Position numbers and translations under genes: made by a program
The notes under the pieces: generated by a model
The model's input: the letters and a program-made list of their open reading frames with translations, nothing else
Database searches by the model: none
Told to the model about the DNA's origin: nothing
Part shown: positions 1 to 10,445 of the stretch, one piece after another
How positions within the stretch are numbered: position 1 is the stretch's first letter
How the letters are laid out: each line of letters starts with the position of its first letter
Assembly: GCA_013239625.1 (NCBI GenBank)
Contig: MU053881.1
Coordinates: 10,253,957 to 10,281,557, forward strand
Source of the DNA: Lama guanicoe
Taxonomy: Eukaryota
Direction of reading: 5' to 3'
Length of the DNA: 27,601 nt

Positions 1-434
1 AGAGACAGAGTGAGTATGGTGAAGAGGTTTTTGTGTGTTTTTATATGTCAGACCAAAGTGGCATGTGTCAGTTTCAAGCACATTTCATTTGCCAGAACTC
101 GGTCCAGTGGCTATGACTAATATTACAATGATAGTCTAGTGATTGCCTGGGCATAAACAGAAACTTTTTCACTGGGTACATCACTGCTGAAGAAAAGTCT
201 CATTGTCCTTGCTACCATAATTTGACATCACTGGCTATGGGGTTCCATCATAGTAGCATGACAGTAAATTAGGTAACATTTCGTCAGATCGAAAACATGC
301 CCCTGGTTATGGCTTTGAAAGAGAAATGTCACCTCTATTTTATTCTCTGTGACAGTGTTCAGTTTATCAGATGTATTCAGAAAAGCTAAAGTCATTGAAT
401 TACCATAAAAACTGTGGCAATGATGATGATGATA

Positions 435-685
435 TTAGTAACATTAACAGATGACATTGGGTTCTAAATCCGCATCTGATCCTATGCTGAGCTCTTTATG
501 GGCTGTTTCTACTCCGGTTCATACAATAAAACATGAGCTAGGTAATAGTTTTATCCCTGTTTCACAGGTGAGCCACAGAGGGTCTCAGAATTTGATCACA
601 GTCCTACAGTTAGGATATGCTGGTTTCAAGCCTAGGCCTGTGCTATTGAAAAAGATAACAGTTTTCCCACTATACCATGCTGCTC
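435..685 (-). mobile_element. MIR SINE, near full length, highly diverged
   Basis: 'catgagctaggtaatagttttatccctgtttcacaggtgag' and 'gctggtttcaagcctaggc...cccactataccatgctg' follow the reverse complement of the MIR core and tRNA-derived head. Confidence 0.75.
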
Positions 686-841
686 TGCATTATGCCACAG
701 GAATTTAAACAGAGCCTTATAAAAATGTTCAAGGTATAACGTGTCTTTCTAATCCTCTGTCATTAATAAGCCTTCTCTGACTCAATCAAAAATTTGGATT
801 TGAGTTATAAGAAGCCAAAGAATAGTTTCAGTATTTCTGAA

Positions 842-845
<4 letters not shown>

Positions 846-881
<36 letters not shown>
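846..881. repeat. (TA)n microsatellite, ~18 units
   Basis: Uninterrupted TA run read directly. Confidence 0.98.
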
Positions 882-885
<4 letters not shown>

Positions 886-2366
886 TTAGTATTTGTTCTT
901 TATGGTCAAACGACTAAAATTCATAAGTGGCATAAATAATTCGACAATAGCAAGCCCGTTGTGTTTAATGCACGTTCAGTGCTGTAATTTAGTCTCGAAA
1001 ATTGTCCTCTCCGGTAAAGCTGCCAAGCCGAAACAATAAAGGGTTTTAGCTACAAAGTGAAGTTTTCTGGAATTATAATATTCCTTTTGACCTCTGGGAT
1101 GACTAAATGCTATTTAATTCCTTCCCTTTATTCACTACAGCGAAAATGACTTGGAAACATGCTGGAGCAGAGGTAACATTTCCTTTCAAAGCCACAGCCA
1201 GACATTAATACTCTCAGGAGAGGAGGAAGTGCTCTCAAGTTGGTGGTGGAATACGTTATTTACCGTGATGCTACAAATGTCCTTCTCTTCCTGGCTGGCT
1301 TTGCAAAAATCGTGATGTTAACTCTCGAGTCCAGTATTTCAAATTATAGTGACTGGAACAATTACACGCTTTCTTCTGCAGTAGTGTGCTGGAAATTTCA
1401 CCGGGGCTGAAATGGAACTCGTTTGTGACTGGCCGAAGGTTGCTTCTCCCAGAGCAGGATGGTGGCGCCTTTTTCAAAAGGTCTAGCTTTTAGGTTCTGC
1501 TGCTACTAACTACTTTAGGTGAGAAACACGCTAGCTGTCAAACTTCACCCTCCACCCCGCCTTTGAACCAGCTAAAACAGAAATGCCTGAGTAGCTAAGG
1601 TTCTGATTCTTTCTCTTGCCATTTCATAGAGGTGCTAAATGCAAAGCAACCTTTGTGTTCAATCCCCTCTCCTGGCTGATTCAATAGTATTTGATCTGAC
1701 GTGAGGATTTTTAGCTTCTTGACTATACATAGCCCCAGCGTGATCAATACCAAAATGCATCTCCAATCTGGGCTATTTTACAGCCTATTTGCCTAAAGAG
1801 TTTAGATAATGAAATTCACAAGCAGCAAAATCTATAAATGAGTTAGTGACAAAGAGGGTGTGTCACCCAGAGATGTGGATTCTAAGGAGGGATGATACCT
1901 GAAGCTGACTGATAAGGTTTTAAAACCGCCTGCCTGTATCATCAGCAACACAGCCAGCCAGCCCCAGGCAAAAGAAGCAGCCAGAGCTGGCCTCGGCACC
2001 CTCCCGGGCTGCTCAGTCTGTACTTTGCAGCGGCATCTGCCGGCCCCTCCTCTTCCTGTGCTCACACTCTCTGCTCCAAAGCTTGTTTCTACTTCTTCAT
2101 TTACACTGAGCGCACAAATGATAGATTAACACTGCAAGTGTTATTACACTCCTAAGAGGAGATGTTGCATTTTCATAAGGAACCAGTCTAGGTGAAGAAA
2201 AATATTGGAATTGCATATTAAACCAAAGGGCTTGTGAAGCATGTGAGATCTTCCTGGCACCCATAAAACTCCTACAAAGCAGTCAGTCCCTTCCTTTTCA
2301 TATGGGTAAAGTAAACGCAGGTGGAGAGTGAGATTTAGAGCCCAGGACTAGAGGATTTATTTAGGC

Positions 2367-2804
2367 CAGTGTTTCCTTTTTAAAAATGAAACTTATGAAA
2401 CAGCTGTATCAGGAGAGTGACACTGAAGGGGCTTAGGAAGCAAGCTGACAAATGCAAGAAGTCATACACATTCTTGGACCTTAGCCAAAGAGAAGAGACT
2501 ATTGGTGATGAGTCCCTGGAATCTGCATTTAGGCAAGCATCTCCAGATAGTGAGTAGCATAGTGGTCATAAATTCTGAAGTCAATCTGCCTGGGTTCCTG
2601 TCCTCAACCCAGCCATTTGTCATGCACACGTGTGTCAGTTTCTTCGTCTGTCAAATGGAGATGTTAATGGAACCTAGCTCATATGGTTGAAGGTCATGAA
2701 GGCTAAAGGAGTTAACAACTGTTTAAGACTCTTAGAACAGTGCCTGGCACTATATAGAATTTTACTAAATACTAATTAAATACGCTCATCTTTAAGAAAC
2801 ACAG
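2367..2804. mobile_element. hAT-Charlie MITE (MER5/MER117-like), interrupted by a MIR
   Basis: Starts 'cagtgtttc' (2367) and ends 'gaaacacag' (2804), a near-perfect TIR pair. Internal 'ccctggaatctgcatttaggcaagcatctccag' matches the MER5-family core. Flanks atttaggc/atctaaat resemble the Charlie nTCTAGAn target. Confidence 0.6.
2549..2775 (+). mobile_element. MIR SINE, near full length
   Basis: Head 'gtagcatagtggtcataaattctgaagtcaatctgcctgggttc', core 'tcagtttcttcgtctgtcaaatggagat', tail 'cttagaacagtgcctggcac'. Confidence 0.9.
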
Positions 2805-4149
2805 ATCTAAATGGCAATACCTTTAAAATTACTGCCACGACCTCAGATCATCAGTCTAAAAGATACAAGTTTCCAAGCTGATGCTAGTAAACACATCATA
2901 CTAATTGAATTGATGCCTTGTTTATAATAAATTGAATAAATATGGCCTAATAGAAGGTACTACATTTGTGTAGACTGCATTAAAAGGGAGGGGGAAGAAT
3001 CCAGACTTCAGATAGAGGTGTCATCTGATGCTGTTGTAGCTTCTTTGTCTAGGAATCAATTCATGCAGAAATATATTGACTTGGGAGAAATACGTGCAGA
3101 ACATTTATGTAATGTAGGTAATTTGTGAAGACATGAATAAGCCAGCAGGATGAAATAAACACCCTAATCTCCAAAGAAGCTCATTTCAGTAGCGTGTATT
3201 GGGAAAAGAGGTTTCATGAATGAAATGTCCATCAAATGTGTTGTATCATATCCGAACATGCCTGGAATGATGCATGTAAGAGTCATCCATGGAAATCTTA
3301 TGCAATGAAGTGAAAAGACAGATTTTCTTTGAAGTGTTTTCTTGTAACAAGAGATAAAAGCAGGCATCTATTTTCTTTGATGTTTTTATCCTAAATTTTG
3401 TGTTTGATTTTCCTGTAGACATTATAGAATTTTTCCCTTTTCAATTCACTAGACCATATCCGTATTTTCAAAGAAGCAAAGAGGTACAGAAATGGCAAGT
3501 CCCTCGTAGGCATCTCAACAATGAGCAGATTTTGCATGGCGGGGTTGTGCGTTTCACTTTTTACTTTTCTGAGTTTTAATCCATTATGCAAACTAATGTA
3601 TCCATCTCCAACCAAATGTTCTGCACTGCCGCACTTTGCATGCCATTTACTTCTCAGAAGAGAAAAGGAAAGGGTGTTAAACCTCAGAGAAGTAAGGTGC
3701 ACATCTATGAACCACAATGATATCATTCAATGCCATGTTTATACCTAGTTAGAAATAAGTGAACATCTGCTGATTAAAAAATAGAACTGTAATAGTGGCC
3801 AGCAGGGAATAAAACAGTTTATTGAGCTTTGTTATGTAGATGGAAATGTGCTTCATAGAAAGTGCTTTATTTGCAAATAAAACAAGTAATTGCTGGAGCT
3901 AGAAATACAGGCACAAAGTAGATTCCGAAGTAATTTTGAGAAAGTATTAGTTTTCATGTGAGCATCAGCTGATGCTGCTGCTTTGCCCAAATTTATATTG
4001 ATCACTTTCACAAGCTTGATTTCGGCAACTGGGAGGAAGACTTGCATGGCTCACAACATCCTGCTCACAGAGGGATCGATGCATGCGCTAGCCAGCGTTA
4101 TAATTCCTGGGGTCTTTTCCTCAAGTTCTTGCAAAATGTCTTTCATCTT

Positions 4150-4210
4150 TTTCATTCATTCATTCATTCATTCATCCATTCATTCAACAATATAACTAAA
4201 GTCCTAGCAT
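4150..4210 (-). mobile_element. L2 3' terminus with (TTCA)n tail
   Basis: 'ttcattcattcattcattcattcatccattcattcaacaa' is the typical reverse-complement L2 tail. Little L2 body is visible, so it may be only a simple repeat. Confidence 0.55.
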
Positions 4211-4810
4211 TTCTAGTCTGACACCTAATATATCCATTTTTTTCTAAAAGGCATGCTAAAGCAAATCTTAGAACACATTATGAACAAAAGATACTTTGCT
4301 GCATTTATCTTTATTCTCAATTTGCCTTCCCTACCCTCTGGAAATGGGCTCTTTAGGTCACCCAGGTCTTCCACAATTTCAAAGTTGAAATTTCCTATTT
4401 AGCCCAACCTGACCAGAGATTTGTGCAGACTTCCAAAGTTTGAGTAGCCTCTCCCTTCTTGAAAATATTTCCTGAGGGCAGCACTGAACATGTGTGATTT
4501 TCCCTCTATGCTTCTAAATGGTCTTTCTCTCACTATTCTTGGTCCTCGACCTTGTGAAGGGGGATACTCCTCAGGGTCTCAGAGACCTTTGTTCATCTGT
4601 CACATGTCGACCCTCCCCTTTCCGTGCTCACCTCATTCTGCACCCACCATGTCTCAGTGAGTCTCTCCAACGTATGTCTTCCATCTTCCCTCTCTTCCCC
4701 AAGCTGAAGCTACTTGAGTATCTTCATCTTATAATCTTTGGGGAACAGGTTGGCGATTTCCCATGAAGCTAAGCACATGTTTACAATGTAACCTAGTAAC
4801 TGACCCCTCT

Positions 4811-5325
4811 CAAGAGAAATGAAAAACTTTTGTTCACACAAAAACCTGCAGATGGATACTTACAGTGATTCTCTTCATAATAATTCAAACTAAAAATAAC
4901 AAATATCCTATAACTGGTGAACAGATAAGCCAACTGTGGTACATCTATACAACATAATACTACTTAGCAACAATAAGGTACAAACTACTCATACACACAA
5001 CGTGGGTCAATCTCAGATCAATTTTGCTATATGAAAGAATCCAGATTCAAAAGACTATGTACTATATGATGCCATTTACATGGAATTCTAGAAGAGGCAA
5101 AATTAAAGGGATTGAGAACAGCTAAATGGTTGCCAGGGGTTGACGACAAGAAAGAGCAACAATAAGCAAACATTTTGGGTTGATGGAACTATTTTTTATT
5201 TTCACTATGGTGGTTCTGGCATGACTTTATGCATTTGTCAAAACTCACAGAACTATGTACCCCCCAAAAAAGTGAGTTTTACTGTATATAAATTTAAAAT
5301 GAATTAATAAAAGGTTAAAAAAAGA
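4811..5325 (+). mobile_element. Ancient L1 (L1MC/L1MD-like) 3' end: ORF2 C-terminal remnant, 3'UTR and A-tail
   Basis: 'caagagaaatgaaaaacttttgttcacacaaaaacctg...actgtggtacatctataca...' is a degenerate ORF2 C-terminus (REMKT.VHTKTC...LWYI). 'atgcatttgtcaaaactcacagaact' is L1M 3'UTR. Ends aataaa plus an A-run. Confidence 0.9.
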
Positions 5326-5597
5326 AGACATTGGTAAGGTCAATAATTAGCCTTGAGAAGGTCAGTGTATGTAAAAAGAGACCATTCTTTGTTCTCCACT
5401 CCCTTCTGGGGAGAAACAAGTAGGACCAATTGATTGGAAAAAATACCATTTTCAACTCATGCATTTAAACAATAGTTATTGATTTTTTGACCTATTATAA
5501 TTATTACTTGAATAAAGTTCAAATAGACCTGTCTTTGATCAAGGACTATTTATTGGCTACAGTATTCTTTCCACATGACCCCCAAGTTGTCTTGGAT

Positions 5598-5735
5598 TGG
5601 TTCCTTGGCATCTGGAATCACAAAGTGTCCCAAGTTCAGCCTATGTATTTCCTGCCCCAGACCTAAAATGAGCCCTATAAAAAGTCCTGGTTTATTTCAG
5701 TGGGAAATGCTATTTAAAAAAATCACAGTCTGTTC
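5598..5735 (-). mobile_element. Ancient L1 (L1MC4-like) 3'UTR fragment
   Basis: 'ttccttggcatctgg...tgtatttcctgccccagacc...cctggtttatttcagtgggaaatgctattta' matches the recalled reverse-complement L1MC4 3'UTR. Confidence 0.7.
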
Positions 5736-5944
5736 CTTAGATTCTTGAGATCAGGGGACACCTCGTCACCTAAATTTGTTGTAAAAGTTGTCCAAGGATT
5801 TGCGGTTTTGTCCTCTAGGCACTTGTCTGTTTTCAAGTGGTGATTTATGAGATTCAAAACCTCTGCTGTTCCTGCTGCCAAGGTTATTTCTAGAATCCTT
5901 GGTGGATAAATACTTTTGAGTCAAGATATATTCTGTAGATAGAG

Positions 5945-6340
5945 AATTACTGATGAATCAAATGTCAGGTCTGAGGGAAAGCAATGAATGTAGGCCGACT
6001 GTTAGGTTTCTGATCTGAGTATCTGGGTGAATACAGAAGTATTTTCTCTGACAGGGAAGGCTAGGGGATGTAACAGGTTGGGGGCTGAGGGGACACCTGG
6101 AGATAGATTTATAGTTCTTATGTAGATATGCCAGACATGGAGGTGGAGTTCTTGGTTAAATGAGTCTAGAGCTTAAGTAAAAGATTAGGGCTGGAGATGT
6201 GGAGAGGAGGTGTCACCAACCCATGGGTGCCAGTGAAAGCAAGGAGACCAGGTGAGAGGAGAGTTAGAGAAAAGATGCTCTAAGACAGATGTTTAGGAAA
6301 CTCAGTGAGGAAAAGCCAAAGAGGCAGAGAAGGAGCTTCA
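5945..6340 (-). mobile_element. L2 LINE fragment
   Basis: 'ggtttctgatctgagtatctgggtg', 'atgagtctagagcttaag...gggctggagat' match the purine-rich antisense L2 body. Confidence 0.75.
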
Positions 6341-6554
6341 GGTAAAGCAGAAGGGACTCTGGGCACAGATCTGCGCCAACGGGTGAGATTCATGGCTGAT
6401 GATTTCAGTGTGGTTACTCCCACTGGAGTAACAGAGGCAGTGCTTTTGATTTTCCAAGATAATCTCTTTCCTTGGCTCCACAATTGAAATGTAGAGCTAA
6501 CACACTGCATCTCAGAGATACTTTCAGGTGTGCCTGCTAGATCACCTCATCCAA

Positions 6555-6880
6555 AAGTCTACTACTTCCCAGGGCCTATTGTCTAAAGTGCAGGCATTTT
6601 AATCAGTCCTTAAGGCTATCTATAATGAAGAGCAAAGCCACCCTCCCACCTCATCCCACGTTACTCTTCTCTAGGCCTTCAGCAGCCCCCGACGCTGACT
6701 TCTATGCTTCATGGTTCTCTGTGAATGCTTTAAGTTCTAGTATCCATGGGCCTTCATTAATACGACTCCACTCATGTAGAGCCCCTCTTCCTGCCCTCAT
6801 TCTCCAACTTCCACATGTCTAAATCAGACTCATCACTAAAGTTACTTAGAAGAGCCACATGAACTTCCCCCCACCCACAA
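6555..6880 (+). mobile_element. L2 LINE fragment
   Basis: Pyrimidine-rich stretch 'taaagtgcaggcattttaatcagtccttaaggct...ccctcccacctcatc...ccatgggccttc...gactcatc' is collinear with the L2 3' region. Confidence 0.55.
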
Positions 6881-7254
6881 ACACACACACTGAGAATCTT
6901 GGAGGTGAGTCAGAACAGAAGAAGCACCAATATCCTGAGAAGGGAATCCATGCAAGAATTCTACAAGGAAAAATCACATTTCTCTTAGGGTCTGGCAGAG
7001 ATTATTAGAAAAGAAGAAAAGCTAGTATGAATAGAAACAGATAAAACATGAAACAAATGAAGCTTAAGGTTCAGGGCCAGGTACTTACACAATCCCCCCA
7101 AACTCTGTTCCTGATTTTGTACTTGCAGGATTGTTTTGATTGCTTGTTTGGTAAAGAGATCCTTGAAATTGTATGAGGGGAACTCACATAATATTAACAT
7201 TATATTATTACAGTGCAAAAAAGTAAATAAATAAAAACGAAAACACCGTGGCTT

Positions 7255-7385
7255 TAGTAAATGACTACTTACACTGCACCGTGATCAAGTTAACCTTTCT
7301 CTGCCCTAGTTTTCTCCTCTTTAAAATGAGGATAAGGTCACCTTCTTTATCTGTATTAAGGACTTCTGGTGAGGATCAGACAGAG
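7255..7385 (+). mobile_element. MIR SINE core fragment
   Basis: 'caagttaacctttctctgccctagttttctcctctttaaaatgaggataa...gtgaggatca'. Confidence 0.75.
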
Positions 7386-7389
7386 CCTC

Positions 7390-7560
7390 CAATCATTCAA
7401 CAAATGTTTATCAAGAAACTACAATGTGCCAGGTTCAATGACAACTGCTAGGGGCTTACTGATGAATAAAGAAAGACATGGTCCATGCTCTTGTACTGCT
7501 AATAGCTTCGTGTGAGACAGACATTACCAGAAAATCATCAAAATAAAATCAACATATGTA
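7390..7560 (-). mobile_element. L2 3' end
   Basis: 'tcattcaacaaatgtttatcaagaaactacaatgtgccagg...tgatgaataaagaaagacatggtccatgctct'. Confidence 0.8.
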
Positions 7561-8066
7561 AGAGCATTTAATACATAAGGTGGTAACTGTAATACCACAA
7601 ATGTGATATTAAAAACAAGTCCAATGTCTGTGTGTCTTGTATAGATCTGTGTTTTTAATCATCAATATATCCAGAGGTGATTAATTCCCAGGAGAGGAAA
7701 AACCAACTGTCTCAAAATACCCCAAACCCCAAACTAATTGGAACCAGCAAATCAATTAAACAACGGATAATGGAAGATACAACAGCTATGAAGATGAATG
7801 TTCAAAAAAGCTGGTCAGCATGTTCTTTCCCAAGAGTGGGGTCCACCTAAACAAAGATGAGAAATTTGCTTTATAAATATGTAAGATGAGGAAAAGGCAA
7901 GAACTGTGAAGCTCACCCTACAGGGTAACAACAGTAGGTGTTCCCCCTGTGTGCAACCCCAGTGACACTGGCCACGCAAATGTGTGACACTGAGCAGACA
8001 CAGATCTTGCCACCTTCCCTCCAGTAGATCTGCTTCTCATGCAAGGCTCCGAAACATTGTTTTAAG

Positions 8067-8432
8067 GAGCATTACATTGTATGGTTGTTCAAAGTGTGAA
8101 CTCTGAAGTCAGACAGACAAAGTGACCAAGCATCTCAGTTTCCCAGGGTTTTCACAAAACTCTAACCAAATTTACACAGCACCATTCAAGACACTAAGAA
8201 TCAGGAAAAAGAATTTCAGTTTCCAAGACAAGGAGACATATTTAAATCCCACCTCGGCTACATACTAGCTATGTGACCTGAAGCAAATTACTAATTTCAG
8301 TTTCTTCTCTATCAAGTGTGAGTAGTCACAGTCCCCTCTGATCGGGCAGTTACAGGATTCAGTGAGAATTCTTATAAGGCACTTAGAGCCATGTCTGCCG
8401 TATATTAGGCACTGAATAAAAATTCACTATTC
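8067..8432 (+). mobile_element. MIR sequence: a 5' fragment (8067-8118) plus a near-complete copy (~8190-8432)
   Basis: Head 'aagtgtgaactctgaagtcagacagac'; then 'tttaaatcccacctcggctacatactagctatgtgacctgaagcaaattact...aaggcacttagagccatgtctg...aggcactgaataaa'. Confidence 0.8.
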
Positions 8433-8480
8433 ACCACGACCACCACCATTATTACCATTACTACTACTACTAACTACTAT
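8432..8480. repeat. Compound (CAC/TAC)n low-complexity tract at the MIR tail
   Basis: 'caccacgaccaccaccattattaccattactactactactaactactat'. Confidence 0.8.
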
Positions 8481-8859
8481 GGCTGCTGCTGTTTTTACTG
8501 TTACTACTATTTTTTGCTTTGTTGACCTCAAAACCATCTCAGAGTATTTTAGGGAAATTTCGCTTAATTACTGATGGTCTTACTGAGGAGGGTGTAACTC
8601 TGCTGGCCCCAGATACTACCAAGACAGAGGACTGGGCAGTTGGCTTAATGGTTATTAGACCACATTCTTCAACATGTAGAAAGACCATTGCTCTATTCTT
8701 GGCACATGCTAGTTACCCTCCTCCCCAATGTCCCCCTGCACTAGGGGAGCCTGATCAAGAGGAAGGTTAATGAGATTAGCTCTGCAGTCTTGTCAAGTAT
8801 ATTTTTGTGTGGTGGGGGGTGGAGCGGGAGGTTGGGGTGGGAGTGGAGTGAAGGGCGGG

Positions 8860-9038
8860 NNNNNNNNNNNNNNNNNNNNNNNNNNNNNNNNNNNNNNNNN
8901 NNNNNNNNNNNNNNNNNNNNNNNNNNNNNNNNNNNNNNNNNNNNNNNNNNNNNNNNNNNNNNNNNNNNNNNNNNNNNNNNNNNNNNNNNNNNNNNNNNNN
9001 NNNNNNNNNNNNNNNNNNNNNNNNNNNNNNNNNNNNNN
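8860..9038. other. Assembly gap (179 N) with G-rich flanks
   Basis: N run read directly; G-tracts at 8811-8859 and 9040-9067. Confidence 0.99.
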
Positions 9039-9922
9039 TGGGGTGGAGCAGGGGGCGGGGTGGGGGGCGCTCAATGGAGCTGAAGTCATCCTCAGTGCAT
9101 ACTTCTGCGAACTTATCATTTGCCCAAAGCCACTGCTCTTTTTCTCTCTCATCCAGATGTTGGCTATCACAAAAACACAGGCTGCTTCTATCGGATAAAT
9201 CCACTCCGGGGAGACTGATGGAAACATGTCCTTTCCCTCAGGAAAATGGCAAAGGAAGGAAAAAGATGAAAAGTCAAGGTGTCTTTGGCTGCTGTGTAAA
9301 AATCTAGAGAAGCTGCTGAAAAGAAAATCCTTGATAATACATATTTGCTTCAACTAAGGAAATAAGGAGAAGGATGTTGATTTTATTCAGTATTAATAAC
9401 AGGAGAGAGTTGTTTGACGTGGCAACAACCACCTAATGCCCTGCAGAATCCCGGGTGTGTGCAATCCATCTCCTCTGACAAGGGGATTATTCCAGTCTCT
9501 GTGCCAGAGTAAAGAAAAATACCACAAAATGTTGTTTTCTACAAACCAGGGTTTTTTTTTTCTTCTTCTTCTTTTTTTAACCTCCTTGATAAATCTTTTG
9601 CATTTTGGTTCTTTCTGTTCCAATTAAAATAGTTGCCTGAGTTCAATTCATGGGTCTAATAAGTAGGATTTCTTTCAGAGCTCCATTCCTAATTAAAAGC
9701 AGCATTTACAGAGAAAGGGTTTTACATACTTATGTATTACCTTATTCAATCCAAGCAATTGCTTCCCTATGTAAACTTCTGAATAGTTTCATTTCTTCAA
9801 ACACAGAAAGCTATTCTAATGTAGATTTTGCAATAATTTGGGGAAAGAAAATGCAGCATAGTCTTACTGGAGTTCCTATTTCTAAAATTAATTCTTGGTT
9901 TTATAAGCTGATATAAACACAC

Positions 9923-9928
<6 letters not shown>

Positions 9929-9954
<26 letters not shown>
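9929..9954. repeat. (GT)13 microsatellite
   Basis: Read directly; preceded by a short (AC) run at 9917-9925. Confidence 0.98.
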
Positions 9955-10074
9955 CTACCTCGGGAAGTCTGAACATTTTGATTATTCAGGAAATTTATGC
10001 AAAGAATTTTCTTTTAAACATTTTTTTCTGTGAAAAAAAGGAATAGAATTGGGAAGGAAACAGGGCATAGTGGT

Positions 10075-10293
10075 AACAGCAAACATATGAGAAATGTGTA
10101 CCAGGTTATTTATATACACTAATTTAATTCTAACACTATTGTTTAGTATTGCTCCCATTTTACAGATGAGGGCGTTGAAACACAGAGAGGCTAAGTAACC
10201 TGCCTAAAGTCACTTACATGGGAGAAGCTGGGATTCAAACCCAGGCCAGTGGGCCCATAAGTTTGCTTTCCAACCTACACCTACACCACAGCC
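10075..10293 (-). mobile_element. MIR SINE
   Basis: 'cccattttacagatgag...cacagagaggctaagtaacctgcctaaagtcac...gctgggattcaaacccagg' is the canonical antisense MIR core and B-box. Confidence 0.92.
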
Positions 10294-10445
10294 CCAGGAT
10301 GGTCTAATGGAGAGAAGTTGTAGAGATAGACAGATCAGGGCTCAGAACCTAACTTTGCCTCCTTCTGGCTGTTTAATGGGGGACCAGCCCCTTGGACTCT
10401 CTGCTCCTAAGGTTCCTTCTATCTAACAAAATGAGGCAATCATGT
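10294..10445 (+). mobile_element. Diverged MIR SINE, 5' half
   Basis: 'ggatggtctaatggagagaag...gacagatcagggctcagaacctaactttgcc...ggctgt...ctctctgctcctaaggttccttctatctaacaaaatgagg'. Confidence 0.6.

Noticed and set aside
1453..1470. CTCF site at 'gcaggatggtggcgcc'
   Set aside because: Only the 3' half matches; the CCASYAG half has several mismatches.
4075..4092. Overlapping ClaI/NsiI/SphI/NheI sites (atcgatgcatgcgctagc) resembling a polylinker
   Set aside because: Only 18 bp, with no adjoining vector or adapter sequence; overlapping short palindromes arise by chance.
8119..8190. Possible hAT-Blackjack (MER81/MER94-like) TIR 'aaagtgaccaagcatctcagtttcccaggg' interrupting the MIR
   Set aside because: No matching right TIR or TSD, and the stretch is equally explained as an internally deleted MIR followed by a second MIR.
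9157..9278. Plus-strand exon after the strong acceptor 'ctctttttctctctcatccag'
   Set aside because: The only nearby donor (AAG|gtgtct) is weak and the open frame resembles nothing I recognise.
8770..9353. The longest ORFs (142, 142, 97 and 186 aa)
   Set aside because: Artefacts of translating through the 179-N gap.
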